Source: Octopus bimaculoides (taxonomy: Eukaryota). From it: a stretch of 63,770 bases of DNA. This document shows positions 62,886 to 63,770 of this stretch, piece by piece (position 1 is the first letter of the stretch; every line of letters begins with the position of its first letter). The stretch is from positions 141,290,202 to 141,353,971 of the forward strand of contig NC_068984.1 in the NCBI RefSeq assembly GCF_001194135.2. Reading direction: 5' to 3'. The notes beneath the pieces are model-generated. The model was not told the origin of the DNA and did no database searches. It saw only the letters and a program-made list of their open reading frames with translations. The position numbers and the translations under genes were made by a program.

Positions 62886-63605
62886 AGAGTACATATTATT
62901 GAAGCACTGTTTTTGCACCTGGATGCTCTTTCCGTTGCTAATCTTAATCAGTTTTCCAGGTAAGAGAGTTTCCATTCCACTCATCTTCTAAACTGCAAAG
63001 CTATTGGATGATTTGTTGGCAACCAAATGTCAACAATAACACCATTCATAGCTTAGTAATTTTTGAGAAAAGCAAAGAATGTAAACCTTCACACACACAC
63101 ACATGTGCACGATTTCGTAAACAGCGACTCCAAAATTTCGATGGTCTTTGGCCGGGTTAAATTTCACTGTTTCTATGCTTATGAAAACACTCAATTGCAA
63201 AATCGTGTGCACACATTTACACTTATTTCTACACATACTTCAGAATAAGTGTTTTTAAATGTATTACAGCAGCAAACATTGAAGAAGGAATTTCACCCAT
63301 GTGTAATATCTAAAACTATAACAAAACAATAGGCACATGCTTGTACACACATTCAAGTGTATGTGTGTGTGTTTGAATCTATTACAGACTATATTTAAAT
63401 CCCTTATCTGAGTGATTAAAGAAGACAGATGCTGAAGCAGGAGTTAGTGATGGTATTTAGAGTGTATTGGCATCTAGTTATGGCAGAGGGCCTCTGTTAC
63501 TGGTGGGAGGCATGTTTTGCTTTATGGCTTTCAGGTTCTGGGTTCATTCCCTCTGTGTGGCACTGGGAGTGTTTCCTACCTAAACCTCAAGTTGACTGAT
63601 GCCTT

Positions 63606-63770
63606 CATCATCATCATCATCATCATCATCGTTTAACGTCTGCTTTCCATGCTAGCATGGGTTGGACGATTTGACTGAGGACTGGTGAACCAGGTAGCTA
63701 CACCAGGCTCCAATCTGATTTGGCAGAGTTTCTACAGCTGGATGCCCTTCCTAATGCCAACCACTCTGAG
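63606..63770 (-). mobile_element. RTE 3' UTR copy running off the window end
   Basis: (CAT)n followed by cgtttaacgtctgctttccatgctagcatggg. Confidence 0.88.

Overview
AT-rich, microsatellite-dense eukaryotic draft-assembly DNA with about 11 N-gaps. The repeat content (tRNA-headed SINEs, RTE LINE tails, mariners) points to an octopod cephalopod, probably Octopus; this is an inference. The only host coding sequence I can support is one 145-bp internal exon (39607-39751, + strand) of an LRCH-family gene (leucine-rich repeat and calponin homology), so nearly the whole window is probably two very long introns (>39.6 kb upstream, >24 kb downstream). Those introns hold many transposon relics: several SINE families (some with intact TSDs, one dimeric), at least three RTE-clade LINE types, decayed HERO and R4/Dong restriction-endonuclease retrotransposons, three mariner families, piggyBac-type and hAT-type MITEs and a Helentron/HINE-like element. 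Best leads: (1) a minimal Penelope-type hammerhead ribozyme with a CUGUUGA core variant at 59888-59924 (- strand); (2) a decayed tandem repeat of about 290 nt with one hammerhead-like motif per unit, resembling a retrozyme or Penelope terminal repeat (31074-31865); (3) two mariner fold-back elements, one built from two right ends and one from two left ends, which would form long dsRNA in the pre-mRNA. All alignments, translations and folds were done by eye, no database search was run, and repeat boundaries are approximate unless a TSD is given.
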